Below, piece after piece: positions 1 through 9,715 of a DNA stretch of 64,000 nt; positions within the stretch are counted from its first letter, which is position 1, and every line of letters starts with the position of its first letter. The stretch covers positions 250,493 to 314,492 of the forward strand of contig SUUK01000002.1 of NCBI GenBank assembly GCA_015062535.1, given 5' to 3'. The position numbers and the translations under genes were made by a program. The notes beneath the pieces are model-generated. The model had not been told where the DNA came from and searched no databases. It was given only the letters and a program-made list of their open reading frames with translations. The stretch comes from Alphaproteobacteria bacterium. GTDB lineage: Bacteria; Pseudomonadota; Alphaproteobacteria; RF32; CAG-239.

Positions 1-435
1 GCTAATGAGGTTTAACTTAAGATCCCCAAAAAAAGGATTAAGCCATTTTTCATATAAGCCAATTTCTCTCTCAACAGTTGATTTTTTATTCTTTCTTTTA
101 ATATGAGGTTTGTAATAATTTTCAAATAAATCTGAAAAAGTTATTTCTTTAAGTTGTTTTTGTTTTAAGGCTTCCTCATTAGCTATTTTTTCCTGTTGGC
201 GTTGTTCTCTTTGTTCTTTATAAGAAAAGGCTTTACCAGTCTCAATATCTTTAATAAGGGCTGAACGAATGTTGTAAACTTCTTCGGCTGTATATCCTTC
301 TGACTTCCAACCTATAGTTTCTTCACGTCTTACACCATTAACAGTATAACGAATAGAATATGATATATCTTTTTTATTTAAAATGTGTCCGTAAGTAACT
401 TTTTCTCTGACACCTGGAAATTTATTTTTTCTCAT
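1..435 (-). CDS. Tyrosine recombinase/phage integrase, N-terminal part (runs off the window start; not in the ORF track)
   Basis: Manual translation from ATG at 435 is open to base 1: MRKNKFPGVREKVTYGHILNKKDISYSIRYTVNGVRREETIGWKSEGYTAEEVYNIR...ITFSDLFENYYKPHIKRKNKKSTVEREIGLYEKWLNPFFGDLKLNLIS. This resembles an integrase arm-binding domain followed by a core-binding domain. RBS AGAAAGGA upstream; lies beside a tRNA fragment. Catalytic domain is outside the window. Confidence 0.8.
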   Translation of the reverse strand, partial: MRKNKFPGVREKVTYGHILNKKDISYSIRYTVNGVRREETIGWKSEGYTAEEVYNIRSALIKDIETGKAFSYKEQREQRQQEKIANEEALKQKQLKEITFSDLFENYYKPHIKRKNKKSTVEREIGLYEKWLNPFFGDLKLNLIS

Positions 436-594
436 TAAAAATCCTTTCTTGTTTTTCAATTTATCCTCAGTATATCCCCTTTGGATTGCAAAGAAAATGT
501 CGCTACGTTACACGTAGATACGATTTGGAGAAAAAAATTTTAAAAATAAGTGATTGTTTTTGTTTGTTTTGTGTATCAGTGTGTGTAAAATTTG

Positions 595-643
595 CGGTTT
601 GTGGTACCGGTTGTCGTCGGTTCGAGCCCGATCGTTCGCCCCA
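595..643 (+). pseudogene. 3' half of tRNA-His(GTG), attachment-site copy
   Basis: CGGT-TTGTGGT-ACCG anticodon arm (GTG), variable loop TTGTC, T-arm GTCGG-TTCGAGC-CCGAT, acceptor strand CGTTCGC, discriminator C, CCA. No D-arm or 5' acceptor strand upstream. Confidence 0.85.
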
Positions 644-1445
644 GATAATGCCCTAGCTTGTGCTGGGGCTTTTTTTTGTGCGAACAATCGGGCTCTTGCA
701 AGTTCTCGCCCGTCTTGTTTTGTAGGGCTCGCTTTTTAATAAAAGCTTGCCAACTTCACTTCGGGCAAGTCATTGTAACATTTGCATTGACGCCGTTTCC
801 GGCTAATGCAAATTAACAAAGCCTGATAGTTTATGGCAAAAACAATTCACTGGATTGTTTTTGCTCATAAGCTCGTTCGCCCCAGATAATGCCCTAGCTT
901 AATGTTGGGGCTTTTTTTGTGCGAACAATCGGGTTCTTGCAAGTTCTCGCCCGTCTTGTTTCGTAGGGCTCGCTTTTTAATAAAAGCTTGCCAACTTCAC
1001 TTCGGGCAAGTCATTGTAACATTTGCATTGACGCCGTTTCCGGCTAATGCAAATTAACAAAGTCTGATAGTTTATGGTAAAAACAATTCACTGGATTGTT
1101 TTTGCTCATAAGCTCGTTCGCCCCAGATAATGCCCTAGCTTAATGTTGGGGCTTTTTTTGTGCGAACAATCGGGCTCTTGCAAGTTCTCGCCCGTCTTGT
1201 TTCGTAGGGCTCGCTTTTTAATAAAAGCTTGCCAACTTCACTTCGGGCAAGTCATTGTAACATTTGCATTGACGCCGTTTCCGGCTAATGCAAATTAACA
1301 AAGTCTGATAGTTTATGGCAAAAACAATTCACTGGATTGTTTTTGCTCATAAGCTCGTTCGCCCCAGATAATGCCCTAGCTTGTGCTGGGGCTTTTTTTG
1401 TGCGAACAATCGGGCTCTTGCAAGTTCTCGCCCGTCTTGTTTCGT
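633..1445 (+). repeat. tRNA-linked tandem repeat, 241-bp period, 3 full copies plus one partial
   Basis: CGTTCGCCCCAGATAATGCCCTAGC starts at 633, 874, 1115 and 1356. Copies are near-identical; each holds a terminator-like hairpin with a T-run plus several further hairpins. Confidence 0.97.
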
Positions 1446-1535
1446 TTATCTGTTTTTAATATATCGGTTTTATAGGTTGACATAAGGGGGAGAAGATAAT
1501 AGTCTGTTTTTAGGATTTTTTTATTTTGGACTATT

Positions 1536-2075
1536 TTGATGACTTGGACTTTTTTTATTCGTAAATTAAGAAGCTTTGCATTTGGCTCGACAGATGCTTT
1601 GCTTTTTGATGATAGATTTATTATTGATGATATATATTTTAAGCGCCGTTTAAAGTTTCGCAATATTGATAAATATGAATTATCAAAAATGAAAGTTAAA
1701 GATATTAAAAGGTGTACAGGAGATGGTAATCACTCTTTGTATGATGTTGAGGCTTATAAATATCTTGATGGTGCATATAAAGAATATGATGAATATTGTG
1801 AATTTCACAGAGCACATGGTCATGAAGAAATGGATGTTGCGCATTATGATGCGTTGATAAAAAGTATTGAAGAAAATGGGTATGACAATAAACACGTTAT
1901 AATTGTTGATTATAATGATGTTGTTAAAGATGGACAACATAGGTCTTGTTGTTTGCTCCATAATTTTGGTCCCGATTTTGAAGTTCCGGTGCTAAGGGTT
2001 AAGCTTGCTAAAAGAACTTTAATTAATAAACTTATGAGATTTTTCTATAAATATTTTGTGGGGTTTGTAGATTAA
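1536..2075 (+). CDS. Hypothetical protein with ParB/sulfiredoxin-like motif, possibly 5'-truncated
   Basis: LIKSIEENGY...IIVD...VKDGQHR resembles the ParB N-terminal signature; no clear RBS; in-frame stop at 1500. Confidence 0.5.
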   Translation: MMTWTFFIRKLRSFAFGSTDALLFDDRFIIDDIYFKRRLKFRNIDKYELSKMKVKDIKRCTGDGNHSLYDVEAYKYLDGAYKEYDEYCEFHRAHGHEEMDVAHYDALIKSIEENGYDNKHVIIVDYNDVVKDGQHRSCCLLHNFGPDFEVPVLRVKLAKRTLINKLMRFFYKYFVGFVD

Positions 2076-2100
2076 TAGGTTGGAAAAGGTTATATATTAA

Positions 2101-2128
2101 AACCGCCGAGACTTTTATCTCGGCGGTT
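2101..2128. terminator. Hairpin between convergent genes, probable terminator
   Basis: AACCGCCGAGA/TCTCGGCGGTT perfect stem. Confidence 0.65.
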
Positions 2129-2132
2129 GAGG

Positions 2133-2876
2133 TTATTTAAGTATTGAGCGAAGAGAATATTCTACTTCGGTCATACTTGTTTTGGTTCGCATTCCATGTG
2201 TGTCGTTAGAAATTATCTTGATAATAGTTTCTGGTGAAGAAATTTTATCAGATAAATTTAAGACATCTGTTACTTTAACAGCTGGATCATTTCTTCCAAC
2301 AAACAGGTGTACAGGGCAAGCAAGGGATAAGCTTTCTTGTTTGCGAATTTCTTCAGTTGATGAAATAAATTTTTCTGTTAGTTTGAATGGAATACGTTTG
2401 TCTTGTAAATAAAAAACAGTATATCCCTGTTTTTCTAGGTCTTTTTGTTGGTCTTGGCTCAATTTTTGTCGCCAATCAATGTCTGCTGCGCTTAGGGTTA
2501 TTACACCTTTAATGCGTTCCTTAAAATAGGGCGCTGTAAATAAGCTTATAATACCACCTAGGCAAGAGCCGACGAGAATAACGTTGCCAGTTATGACATT
2601 TGTCAGCAGGTATTTTAATTGGTTTATCCAAATAAATAAATCTGCATTGTCATATTGTTCTAGATTGTTAGAATGACCAGCGAGTTCGTACCAGCAAAAA
2701 GAAGAGTTTAAGCGAGTTACAATCTCGCAAACCATTTTAGGTTTACGATGTTGATTGCGCGCTTGTTGACCGTGAACGTAGATAACCGTTAAATCGGTTG
2801 GGGTAACATCAGGAGTTGTGATTTGTACTTCAAAATCAAACCCTTGAAAAACTTCAGTTGACCTAAAAGTTTTCAT
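2133..2876 (-). CDS. Alpha/beta hydrolase fold protein
   Basis: YVHG oxyanion motif, GSCLG nucleophile elbow, GRND Asp, DTHG His. Confidence 0.8.
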   Translation of the reverse strand: MKTFRSTEVFQGFDFEVQITTPDVTPTDLTVIYVHGQQARNQHRKPKMVCEIVTRLNSSFCWYELAGHSNNLEQYDNADLFIWINQLKYLLTNVITGNVILVGSCLGGIISLFTAPYFKERIKGVITLSAADIDWRQKLSQDQQKDLEKQGYTVFYLQDKRIPFKLTEKFISSTEEIRKQESLSLACPVHLFVGRNDPAVKVTDVLNLSDKISSPETIIKIISNDTHGMRTKTSMTEVEYSLRSILK

Positions 2877-3141
2877 AATTGTAAAGTTTATGATAATATA
2901 TTAAGCAAGGTTAGTATAGAGTTATTTATTTTAAAATCAATAATATAATTATTGTTTTTTTTATGAGGTAAATAGAGTTTTTTTGTATTTAAATATATAA
3001 TAAAGAGTCAAAATAGGGGATTTTTGAGTTAAAAAAGAGCTAAAAATGATTTTTTTGTCAATATGATTCAACGTGAATCTCTATAAGGGTTTTTAAAAGA
3101 TATTTTTTTTAATTTTTTTTCGTTTTTTGTGCATTTTTTGC

Positions 3142-3304
3142 TTGCATTATTAAAATTTAAATGTTACAAAGGCCAAGCAACAAAAAAGTTAAGGAAGTGT
3201 TAACTTTCTTGCGAATCAAATATAACCCATAATGCAGACGAATGTTGCTAAAGTTTGCAGTAATTTTTTAGATGGCAAATTCCATTGTGGAGTTTTTTGC
3301 CATT
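3142..3304 (+). promoter_or_regulatory. Putative S10 operon promoter and structured 5' leader
   Basis: TTGCAT-17-TACAAA with TG extension; three hairpins at 3177-3212, 3233-3259 and 3271-3304. Confidence 0.45.
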
Positions 3305-3329
3305 TAGTTATAGGAAAAGTGTTAAAATG

Positions 3330-3638
3330 ATGGATACACAAAATATCAGAATCCGCCTTAAGGCTTTTGATCATCGTTTATTAGACTTGTCTACTAAAGA
3401 GATTGTTCATACAGCTAAAAGAACCGGAGCTAATGTTAGAGGACCAATTCCTCTTCCAACTAAAATTGAGAAGTTTACGATTAACCGTTCTCCTCACGTT
3501 GATAAAAAATCTCGTGAACAGTTCGAAATCAGAACTCACAAAAGACTTCTTGATATTGTAGATCCTACACCACAAACAGTTGATGCGTTGATGAAATTAG
3601 ACCTTGCAGCTGGTGTGAATGTAGAAATTAAGTTATAA
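3330..3638 (+). CDS. rpsJ: 30S ribosomal protein S10
   Basis: [16 protein letters not shown]...[14 protein letters not shown]; start taken at the MDTQN ATG. Confidence 0.98.
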   Translation: MDTQNIRIRLKAFDHRLLDLSTKEIVHTAKRTGANVRGPIPLPTKIEKFTINRSPHVDKKSREQFEIRTHKRLLDIVDPTPQTVDALMKLDLAAGVNVEIKL

Positions 3639-3695
3639 TTTTTAATGTTGGTTTTTGAAAGATAAAATCAACCTATTGAAAAAGGAAAAATAATA

Positions 3696-4418
3696 ATGCG
3701 TACTGGTTTAATCGCAAAAAAACTTGGGATGACTAGAATTTTTGAAGCTGATGGGACACATGTTCCTGTTACAGTTTTGGCTGTTGAAGGCTTAAAAGTT
3801 GTTAATGTCAGAACAAATGATAAAGATGGTTATACAGCTGTTCAATTAGGAACAGGCGCTATTAAAGCGAAAAATGTATCTAAACCAATGAAGGGATACT
3901 TCACCAAGGCTAACGTTGAGCCAAAGAAGAAAATTGCTGAATTTAGAGTAAGCGAAGATTGTCTTCTTTCTGTTGGTGATGAATTGTCTGCAGAACACTT
4001 TGTTGCAGGTCAATTTGTAGATGTTTGTGCAACTTCTATCGGTAAAGGTTTTGCCGGTGTTATGAAACGTCACAACTTTGCAGGTTTGGAAGCAACACAC
4101 GGTGTGTCTATTTCTCACCGTTCACATGGTTCTACAGGACAAAGACAAGATCCAGGTAAAGTATTCAAAGGTAAAAAGATGGCTGGACATATGGGTGATG
4201 AACGTGTTACTGTTCAAAACTTAAAAGTTGTAGCTGTTGATGGAAATCGTGGTTTGATTATGGTTAAAGGTGGCGTTCCTGGTGCTGAAAATGCATGGGT
4301 TAGAGTTACTGATGCTATTAAGAAAACTCAAGATGTTAAATTACCAATGCCTGCAGGTCTTAAAAAGGTTGATGAACCTGTTGCAGTTATAGCTGAAGAA
4401 GCAGCTGATAATGCATAG
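3696..4418 (+). CDS. rplC: 50S ribosomal protein L3
   Basis: [28 protein letters not shown]. Confidence 0.98.
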   Translation: MRTGLIAKKLGMTRIFEADGTHVPVTVLAVEGLKVVNVRTNDKDGYTAVQLGTGAIKAKNVSKPMKGYFTKANVEPKKKIAEFRVSEDCLLSVGDELSAEHFVAGQFVDVCATSIGKGFAGVMKRHNFAGLEATHGVSISHRSHGSTGQRQDPGKVFKGKKMAGHMGDERVTVQNLKVVAVDGNRGLIMVKGGVPGAENAWVRVTDAIKKTQDVKLPMPAGLKKVDEPVAVIAEEAADNA

Positions 4419-4437
4419 AGATTAAGGATTTTTGAAA

Positions 4438-5058
4438 ATGAAACAGGACATCTTAAATTTGAATAATGAAAACGTTGGTAGCATTGAACTTAATGATGCT
4501 ATTTTCGGCTTAGAAGTTCGTGCTGACGTTTTGCACCGCGTTGTAAATTGGCAATTGGCTATGCGTCAATGCGGTAACCACCAAACTAAAGGTCGTTCAG
4601 ACGTTGCTTTGACACCTGCAAAACCATTCAAACAAAAAGGTAGTGGTAATGCTCGTCAAGGTAGCCGTAAGGGTACTCAATTTAGAAAAGGTGGAATTGT
4701 TTTTGGTCCAGTTGTAAGAGATCACTCTCATGACTTGACTAAGAAATTTAGAAAATTAGGTCTAAAAATTGCTCTTTCAGCTAAAGCTAAAGAGGGTAAT
4801 CTTGTTATCGTAGATGAAGCAAAGCTTTCAAATCCAAAGACAAAAGATTTGATTCAAAAATTAAATGCTTGTGGTTTGAATAACTGCTTATTTATCGATG
4901 GTAAGGAAGTAGACATGAACTTTGCATTAGCTAGCCGTAACATTGTTGGTGTAGATGTATTACCTACAATTGGTGCTAATGTGTACGATATTTTGAAAAA
5001 AGAGAAGTTGGTATTAACTAAAGAAGCTGTTACATGCTTGGAGGAAAGATTACAATGA
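4438..5058 (+). CDS. rplD: 50S ribosomal protein L4
   Basis: [22 protein letters not shown]; operon position. Confidence 0.97.
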   Translation: MKQDILNLNNENVGSIELNDAIFGLEVRADVLHRVVNWQLAMRQCGNHQTKGRSDVALTPAKPFKQKGSGNARQGSRKGTQFRKGGIVFGPVVRDHSHDLTKKFRKLGLKIALSAKAKEGNLVIVDEAKLSNPKTKDLIQKLNACGLNNCLFIDGKEVDMNFALASRNIVGVDVLPTIGANVYDILKKEKLVLTKEAVTCLEERLQ

Positions 5059-5372
5059 AAAAATCAGAAAAAACAAACAATGTAACTGCAGCTATGTATG
5101 ATACATTACTTCGTCCGGTAATTACAGAAAAGTCTATGACATCTTCTGAAAGTGGTAAAGTTGTATTTACTGTACCTTTATCAGCTACTAAAGAAGAAAT
5201 TAAAGCAGCTATTGAAGCTATCTTTAATGTAAAAGTTAAGAAGGTAAATACCGTTAAACAAGCTGGTAAGGTAAAACGCTTTAGAGGTTATGAGGGCGTT
5301 CGCTCTGATTACAAAAAGGCTGTTATTACTCTTGCCGATGGTCAAAATATTGATGTTACAGCAGGAATTTAG
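5055..5372 (+). CDS. rplW: 50S ribosomal protein L23
   Basis: RPVITEKS...YKKAVITL; ATG overlaps the rplD stop. Confidence 0.97.
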   Translation: MKKSEKTNNVTAAMYDTLLRPVITEKSMTSSESGKVVFTVPLSATKEEIKAAIEAIFNVKVKKVNTVKQAGKVKRFRGYEGVRSDYKKAVITLADGQNIDVTAGI

Positions 5373-5374
5373 TC

Positions 5375-6211
5375 ATGGCTTTGAGAACATTTAAGCCCGC
5401 TACTCCAGGTCTTCGTCAACTAGTTATTGTTGATAGAAGTGAGCTTTATAAGGGCAAACCTGAGAAGAGTTTGACTGTTGGTCTTACAAAAACAGGTGGG
5501 CGTGATAATTTCGGACACGTTACAAGTCGTAGAATCGGTGGCGGTCACAAACGTAAATACCGTGTAATTGACTTCAAACGTAATAAATTTGATTGTGAAG
5601 CAACTGTTGAGAGAATCGAATATGATCCAAACCGCACATCTTTCATTGCTTTAATTAGCTATGAAGATGGCGAGAAGGCTTATATCTTGGCTCCTCAAAG
5701 ATTAAAAGCTGGTGATAAAGTTATCTCTTCTGAGAAAGCTGATATTAAACCAGGTAACGCAATGCCATTAAAGAGCATGCCAGTTGGTACTATCGTTCAC
5801 AACGTTGAGTTAAGATCTGGCAAAGGCGGACAATTAGTTCGTTCTGCTGGTTGTTATGCTCAAGTTGTTGGTAAAGATGGTGGTTATGCGCAACTTAAAC
5901 TTTCTTCTGGCGAATTAAGAATCGTTAGAGAAGAATGTTTAGCTACTGTTGGTGCTGTATCTAACCCTGATAACCAAAACGTTTCTTTGGGTAAAGCAGG
6001 TCGTGCTAGATGGTTAGGTGCTCGTCCAGTATCTCGTGGTGTTGCAATGAACCCAGTTGATCACCCACATGGTGGTGGTGAAGGCCGTACTTCAGGTGGT
6101 CGTCATCCAGTTACTCCTTGGGGTAAACCAACTAAGGGTGCAAAAACTCGTTCTAACAAGAAGACAGATCGCTTTATTATGAGATCTCGTCATGAAAACA
6201 AGAAGAAATAA
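5375..6211 (+). CDS. rplB: 50S ribosomal protein L2
   Basis: [23 protein letters not shown]. Confidence 0.99.
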   Translation: MALRTFKPATPGLRQLVIVDRSELYKGKPEKSLTVGLTKTGGRDNFGHVTSRRIGGGHKRKYRVIDFKRNKFDCEATVERIEYDPNRTSFIALISYEDGEKAYILAPQRLKAGDKVISSEKADIKPGNAMPLKSMPVGTIVHNVELRSGKGGQLVRSAGCYAQVVGKDGGYAQLKLSSGELRIVREECLATVGAVSNPDNQNVSLGKAGRARWLGARPVSRGVAMNPVDHPHGGGEGRTSGGRHPVTPWGKPTKGAKTRSNKKTDRFIMRSRHENKKK

Positions 6212-6223
6212 GGAGGTAAACAA

Positions 6224-6502
6224 ATGACACGTTCTGTATGGAAAGGACCTTTCGTTGATGGTTATCTTCTTAAAAAAGCTGATGCAGCAAGAGCATCTAC
6301 TCGTAATGAAGTGATTAAAATTTGGTCTCGTCGTTCAACAATGTTACCACAATTTGTTGGTTTAACATTTGGTGTTCACAATGGTCATAAATTTATCCCA
6401 GTACTTGTTACTGAAGAAATGGTTGGCCATAAATTTGGTGAATTTGCTCCAACACGTACCTTCTATGGTCACGCTGCAGATAAAAAAGTTAAGAGAGGTT
6501 AA
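6224..6502 (+). CDS. rpsS: 30S ribosomal protein S19
   Basis: [23 protein letters not shown]. Confidence 0.99.
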   Translation: MTRSVWKGPFVDGYLLKKADAARASTRNEVIKIWSRRSTMLPQFVGLTFGVHNGHKFIPVLVTEEMVGHKFGEFAPTRTFYGHAADKKVKRG

Positions 6503-6504
6503 TT

Positions 6505-6879
6505 ATGGGAAAAAGTAAAGACTTAAGAAGACTTTCTGACAACCAAGCAATGGCTCAGAATAATTCTATTCGCTCTAGCTCTCGTAAATTGAACCTTGTT
6601 GCACAATCAATCAGAGGCTTAAGCGCTGAGAAAGCTGTTGCAGAACTTAGCTTTTCTAAGAAAAGAATCGCAAAGGTTGCATTAGAAGTATTGAAATCCG
6701 CTATTGCTAATGCTGAAAACAACCACAAACTTAACATTGATAAGTTAGTAGTTGCAGAAGCTTATACTGGTAATGGCATTGTTATGAAACGTATGCATGC
6801 ACGTGGAAGAGGCAGAGGTGCAAGGGTTTTAAAACCTTTCTCTAAATTGACTATCGTTGTTGCTGAGCGTGGGGAGTAA
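6505..6879 (+). CDS. rplV: 50S ribosomal protein L22
   Basis: SAIANAENNH, RGRGRG; operon position. Confidence 0.97.
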   Translation: MGKSKDLRRLSDNQAMAQNNSIRSSSRKLNLVAQSIRGLSAEKAVAELSFSKKRIAKVALEVLKSAIANAENNHKLNIDKLVVAEAYTGNGIVMKRMHARGRGRGARVLKPFSKLTIVVAERGE

Positions 6880-6884
6880 AATAA

Positions 6885-7553
6885 ATGGGACAGAAAGTAA
6901 ATCCTATCAGTCTTCGTTTAGGCGTTAACCGCACGTGGGATTCTCGTTGGTATGCTGATGAGGAATTCACAGATTACCTCCACGAAGATTTGAAAATTAG
7001 AAAATTTTTGAAAGAAAAATTAGCTCAAGCTGGTATTAGTAAGATTGTTATTGAACGTCCTACTAAAAAAGCAAGAGTTACAATTCATTCAGCAAGACCA
7101 GGTGTTGTAATTGGTAAGAAGGGTCAAGACATTGAGTTGTTAAGAAAAGACATTCAAAAGTTGACTGCTTCTGAGGTTCAATTAAACATCATGGAAGTAA
7201 GAAAGCCAGAATTAGACGCTCAGTTAGTTGCTGACAGTGTTGCACAACAATTGGAAAGACGTGTTGCTTTCCGTCGTGCGATGAAGAGAGTTATGCAATC
7301 AGCTTTACGTTTGGGTGCTGAAGGTATTAAGGTTGCATGTTCAGGTCGTTTAGGCGGTGCTGAAATTGCAAGAACTGAATACTATCGTGAAGGAAGAGTT
7401 CCTTTACACACACTTCGTGCTGATATTGACTATGCTACTTCAACTGCTCACACCACATATGGTGCTTGTGGCGTTAAAGTTTGGATTTATAAAGGCGAAA
7501 TTATGTCTCATGATCCAATGGCACAAGACAAGAAATTGGCTGAACAAAAGTAA
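6885..7553 (+). CDS. rpsC: 30S ribosomal protein S3
   Basis: [28 protein letters not shown]. Confidence 0.99.
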   Translation: MGQKVNPISLRLGVNRTWDSRWYADEEFTDYLHEDLKIRKFLKEKLAQAGISKIVIERPTKKARVTIHSARPGVVIGKKGQDIELLRKDIQKLTASEVQLNIMEVRKPELDAQLVADSVAQQLERRVAFRRAMKRVMQSALRLGAEGIKVACSGRLGGAEIARTEYYREGRVPLHTLRADIDYATSTAHTTYGACGVKVWIYKGEIMSHDPMAQDKKLAEQK

Positions 7554-7568
7554 GAATGAGGTTTTAAA

Positions 7569-7997
7569 ATGTTAAGTCCAAAACGCGTAAAGTTCCGCAA
7601 GCAACACAAAGGTCGTATTCACGGCCTTGCTAAGGGCGGTTCTGAATTAAGTTTCGGTTCATTTGGTCTAAAAGCTCTTACACCTGAGCGCGTTACAGCT
7701 CGCCAAATTGAGGCTGCTCGTCGTGCTATCACTCGTGAAATGAAGAGAGCAGGTAGACTATGGATTAGAATTTTCCCAGATGTACCTGTAACAGATAAAC
7801 CTGCTGAGGTTCGTATGGGTAAAGGTAAAGGTGCTGTCGAATTTTGGGTAGCAAGAGTTAAACCTGGTCGTATAATGTTCGAATTGGGTGATGTTGATGA
7901 AGAACTCGCTCGCAGAGCATTTGCATTGGGTGCAGCAAAATTGCCTGTAAAGTGCAAATTTGTTAAACGCTTGAATTCAGATAATGGAGAAGCATAA
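7569..7997 (+). CDS. rplP: 50S ribosomal protein L16
   Basis: [25 protein letters not shown]. Confidence 0.99.
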   Translation: MLSPKRVKFRKQHKGRIHGLAKGGSELSFGSFGLKALTPERVTARQIEAARRAITREMKRAGRLWIRIFPDVPVTDKPAEVRMGKGKGAVEFWVARVKPGRIMFELGDVDEELARRAFALGAAKLPVKCKFVKRLNSDNGEA

Positions 7998-8194
7998 TGG
8001 TTAAAATTAAAGATTTGAGAGCTATGAGTGATGATGAATTAGAAGCAAGACTCGTAGAGTGCAAGAAAGAGCAATTAAGTTTGCGCATTCAACAAGCTAC
8101 TGGTCAATTGCAAAATACATCAGCTATCTCTAAAGTTCGTAAAGAAGTAGCTCAAATCAATACGCTTTTAACAGAGCGTAAGAAGAATAGTTAG
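7997..8194 (+). CDS. rpmC: 50S ribosomal protein L29
   Basis: [10 protein letters not shown]...[10 protein letters not shown]; operon position. Confidence 0.95.
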   Translation: MVKIKDLRAMSDDELEARLVECKKEQLSLRIQQATGQLQNTSAISKVRKEVAQINTLLTERKKNS

Positions 8195-8205
8195 GAGAAA
8201 AACAG

Positions 8206-8448
8206 ATGCCTAAAAGAATTCTTCAAGGTGTTGTAGTAAGTGCTAAACAGGATAAAACTGTCGTAGTCAGCGTAGAGCGTCAGGTTATGCATCCTGTTTA
8301 CAAAAAATTCGTGAAGAAAAGTAAGAAATTTGCTGCTCACGATGAGAACAATCAGTGCAAGGAAGGTGATATGGTTTCTATTGTTGAATCTAAACCATAT
8401 TCAAAAACTAAAACTTGGACTGTAATTAACAATAATGAAAATGCCTAG
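8206..8448 (+). CDS. rpsQ: 30S ribosomal protein S17
   Basis: [26 protein letters not shown]. Confidence 0.98.
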   Translation: MPKRILQGVVVSAKQDKTVVVSVERQVMHPVYKKFVKKSKKFAAHDENNQCKEGDMVSIVESKPYSKTKTWTVINNNENA

Positions 8449-8465
8449 TTAGGAAGGAATGAATT

Positions 8466-8834
8466 ATGATACAGATGCAAACCAACCTAGATGTTGCAGA
8501 TAATTCTGGCGCACGTCAGGTGCAGTGCATTAAAGTTCTTGGTGGTTCCAAGAGAATGCATGCTTCAGTCGGTGATATTATCATCGTTTCTGTTAAAGAT
8601 GCAATGCCTAAAGGGCGTGTAAAGAAAGGTGATGTTCAACGTGCAGTTATCGTTAGAACAGCCAGCGACATCAGACGTAAAGACGGTAGTGTAATCCGTT
8701 TTGATAGCAATGCAGCTGTTTTGGTAAACAAAGATGGTGAACCAATTGGTACACGTATTTTTGGCCCAGTAACAAGAGAGTTGCGTGCTAAAAAATTCAT
8801 GAAAATTATTTCTTTAGCGCCGGAGGTTTTGTAA
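8466..8834 (+). CDS. rplN: 50S ribosomal protein L14
   Basis: [22 protein letters not shown]. Confidence 0.99.
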   Translation: MIQMQTNLDVADNSGARQVQCIKVLGGSKRMHASVGDIIIVSVKDAMPKGRVKKGDVQRAVIVRTASDIRRKDGSVIRFDSNAAVLVNKDGEPIGTRIFGPVTRELRAKKFMKIISLAPEVL

Positions 8835-8835
8835 T

Positions 8836-9150
8836 ATGAGCAAAATGAAAATCAAAAAAGGTGATAAAGTAATCGTTATCGCAGGAAATGACAAAGGCAA
8901 AACTGGTGAAGTTTTGAAAGCTATGCCAAAAGAAGGTAAAGTTGTTGTTCAAGGTGTTAACCTTGTAAAAAGACATACTAAACCAAGCCAAACAAATCCT
9001 GGTGGTATTGTTACTAAAGAAGCAGCAATTCAGGTTTCTAATGTAGCAGCAGTTACAGCTGATGGCAAACCTACAAAAGTTGGCTATAAAGTTGTTGACG
9101 GCGTTAAAAAACGCGTTGCTCGTAAAACTGGCGAAGTAATCGATAATTAG
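8836..9150 (+). CDS. rplX: 50S ribosomal protein L24
   Basis: [22 protein letters not shown] motif. Confidence 0.98.
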   Translation: MSKMKIKKGDKVIVIAGNDKGKTGEVLKAMPKEGKVVVQGVNLVKRHTKPSQTNPGGIVTKEAAIQVSNVAAVTADGKPTKVGYKVVDGVKKRVARKTGEVIDN

Positions 9151-9161
9151 GAGATAATTTG

Positions 9162-9701
9162 ATGACAAATTTTGAACAATTATATAATGATGTCATTAAG
9201 AAGGCTCTTGTGGAAAAATTCGGTTACAAGAACCCACATGAGATTCCTAAGTTGACAAAGATTGTCTTGAATATGGGCGTTGGTGACGCTATTACAGACA
9301 AGAAAAAATTAAATAACGCTGTAGAAGAAATGGCTATGATTGCTGGTCAAAAACCAGTTGTTACAGAAGCTAGAAAATCTATTGCTACTTTCAAATTAAG
9401 AGAAGGTATGCCAATTGGATGTAAAGTTACTCTTCGTTCAGACAGAATGTATGAGTTCTTAGAGCGTTTAATCAACATGGCACTTCCACGTATCAGAGAC
9501 TTCCACGGAATTAGTGGTAAGAACTTTGATGGAAGAGGAAACTTTGCTTTTGGCATTAAAGAGCAAATTATTTTCCCTGAAATTAACTATGAAAAAGTTG
9601 AACAAGTAAGAGGTATGGATATTGTTATCTGTACATCTGCTAAGACTGATGAAGAAGCTAAGTTTCTTTTGACATCTTTCAACTTACCATATAAGAAATA
9701 A
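9162..9701 (+). CDS. rplE: 50S ribosomal protein L5
   Basis: [25 protein letters not shown]. Confidence 0.98.
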   Translation: MTNFEQLYNDVIKKALVEKFGYKNPHEIPKLTKIVLNMGVGDAITDKKKLNNAVEEMAMIAGQKPVVTEARKSIATFKLREGMPIGCKVTLRSDRMYEFLERLINMALPRIRDFHGISGKNFDGRGNFAFGIKEQIIFPEINYEKVEQVRGMDIVICTSAKTDEEAKFLLTSFNLPYKK

Positions 9702-9715
9702 GCGGAGATTTTACT

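Larger units (their letters stand above)
1..643. mobile_element. End of an integrative element (prophage or genomic island) inserted at tRNA-His
   Basis: Integrase gene pointing away from a displaced tRNA 3' fragment; IHF-like site (one mismatch to WATCAANNNNTTR, - strand) at 547-559. Confidence 0.72.

Noticed and set aside
565-643. Complete tRNA-His gene
   Set aside because: No D-arm or 5' acceptor strand upstream of 595; only the 3' half is present.
554-739. 61-aa ORF on + strand
   Set aside because: Overlaps the tRNA fragment and terminator hairpin; no RBS; spurious.
633-1445. CRISPR array
   Set aside because: Whole 241-bp units are repeated with no unique spacers, and no cas genes are in the window.
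1376-1663. 95-aa ORF on - strand
   Set aside because: Antisense to the 1536 ORF and runs into the repeat; no coding signal.
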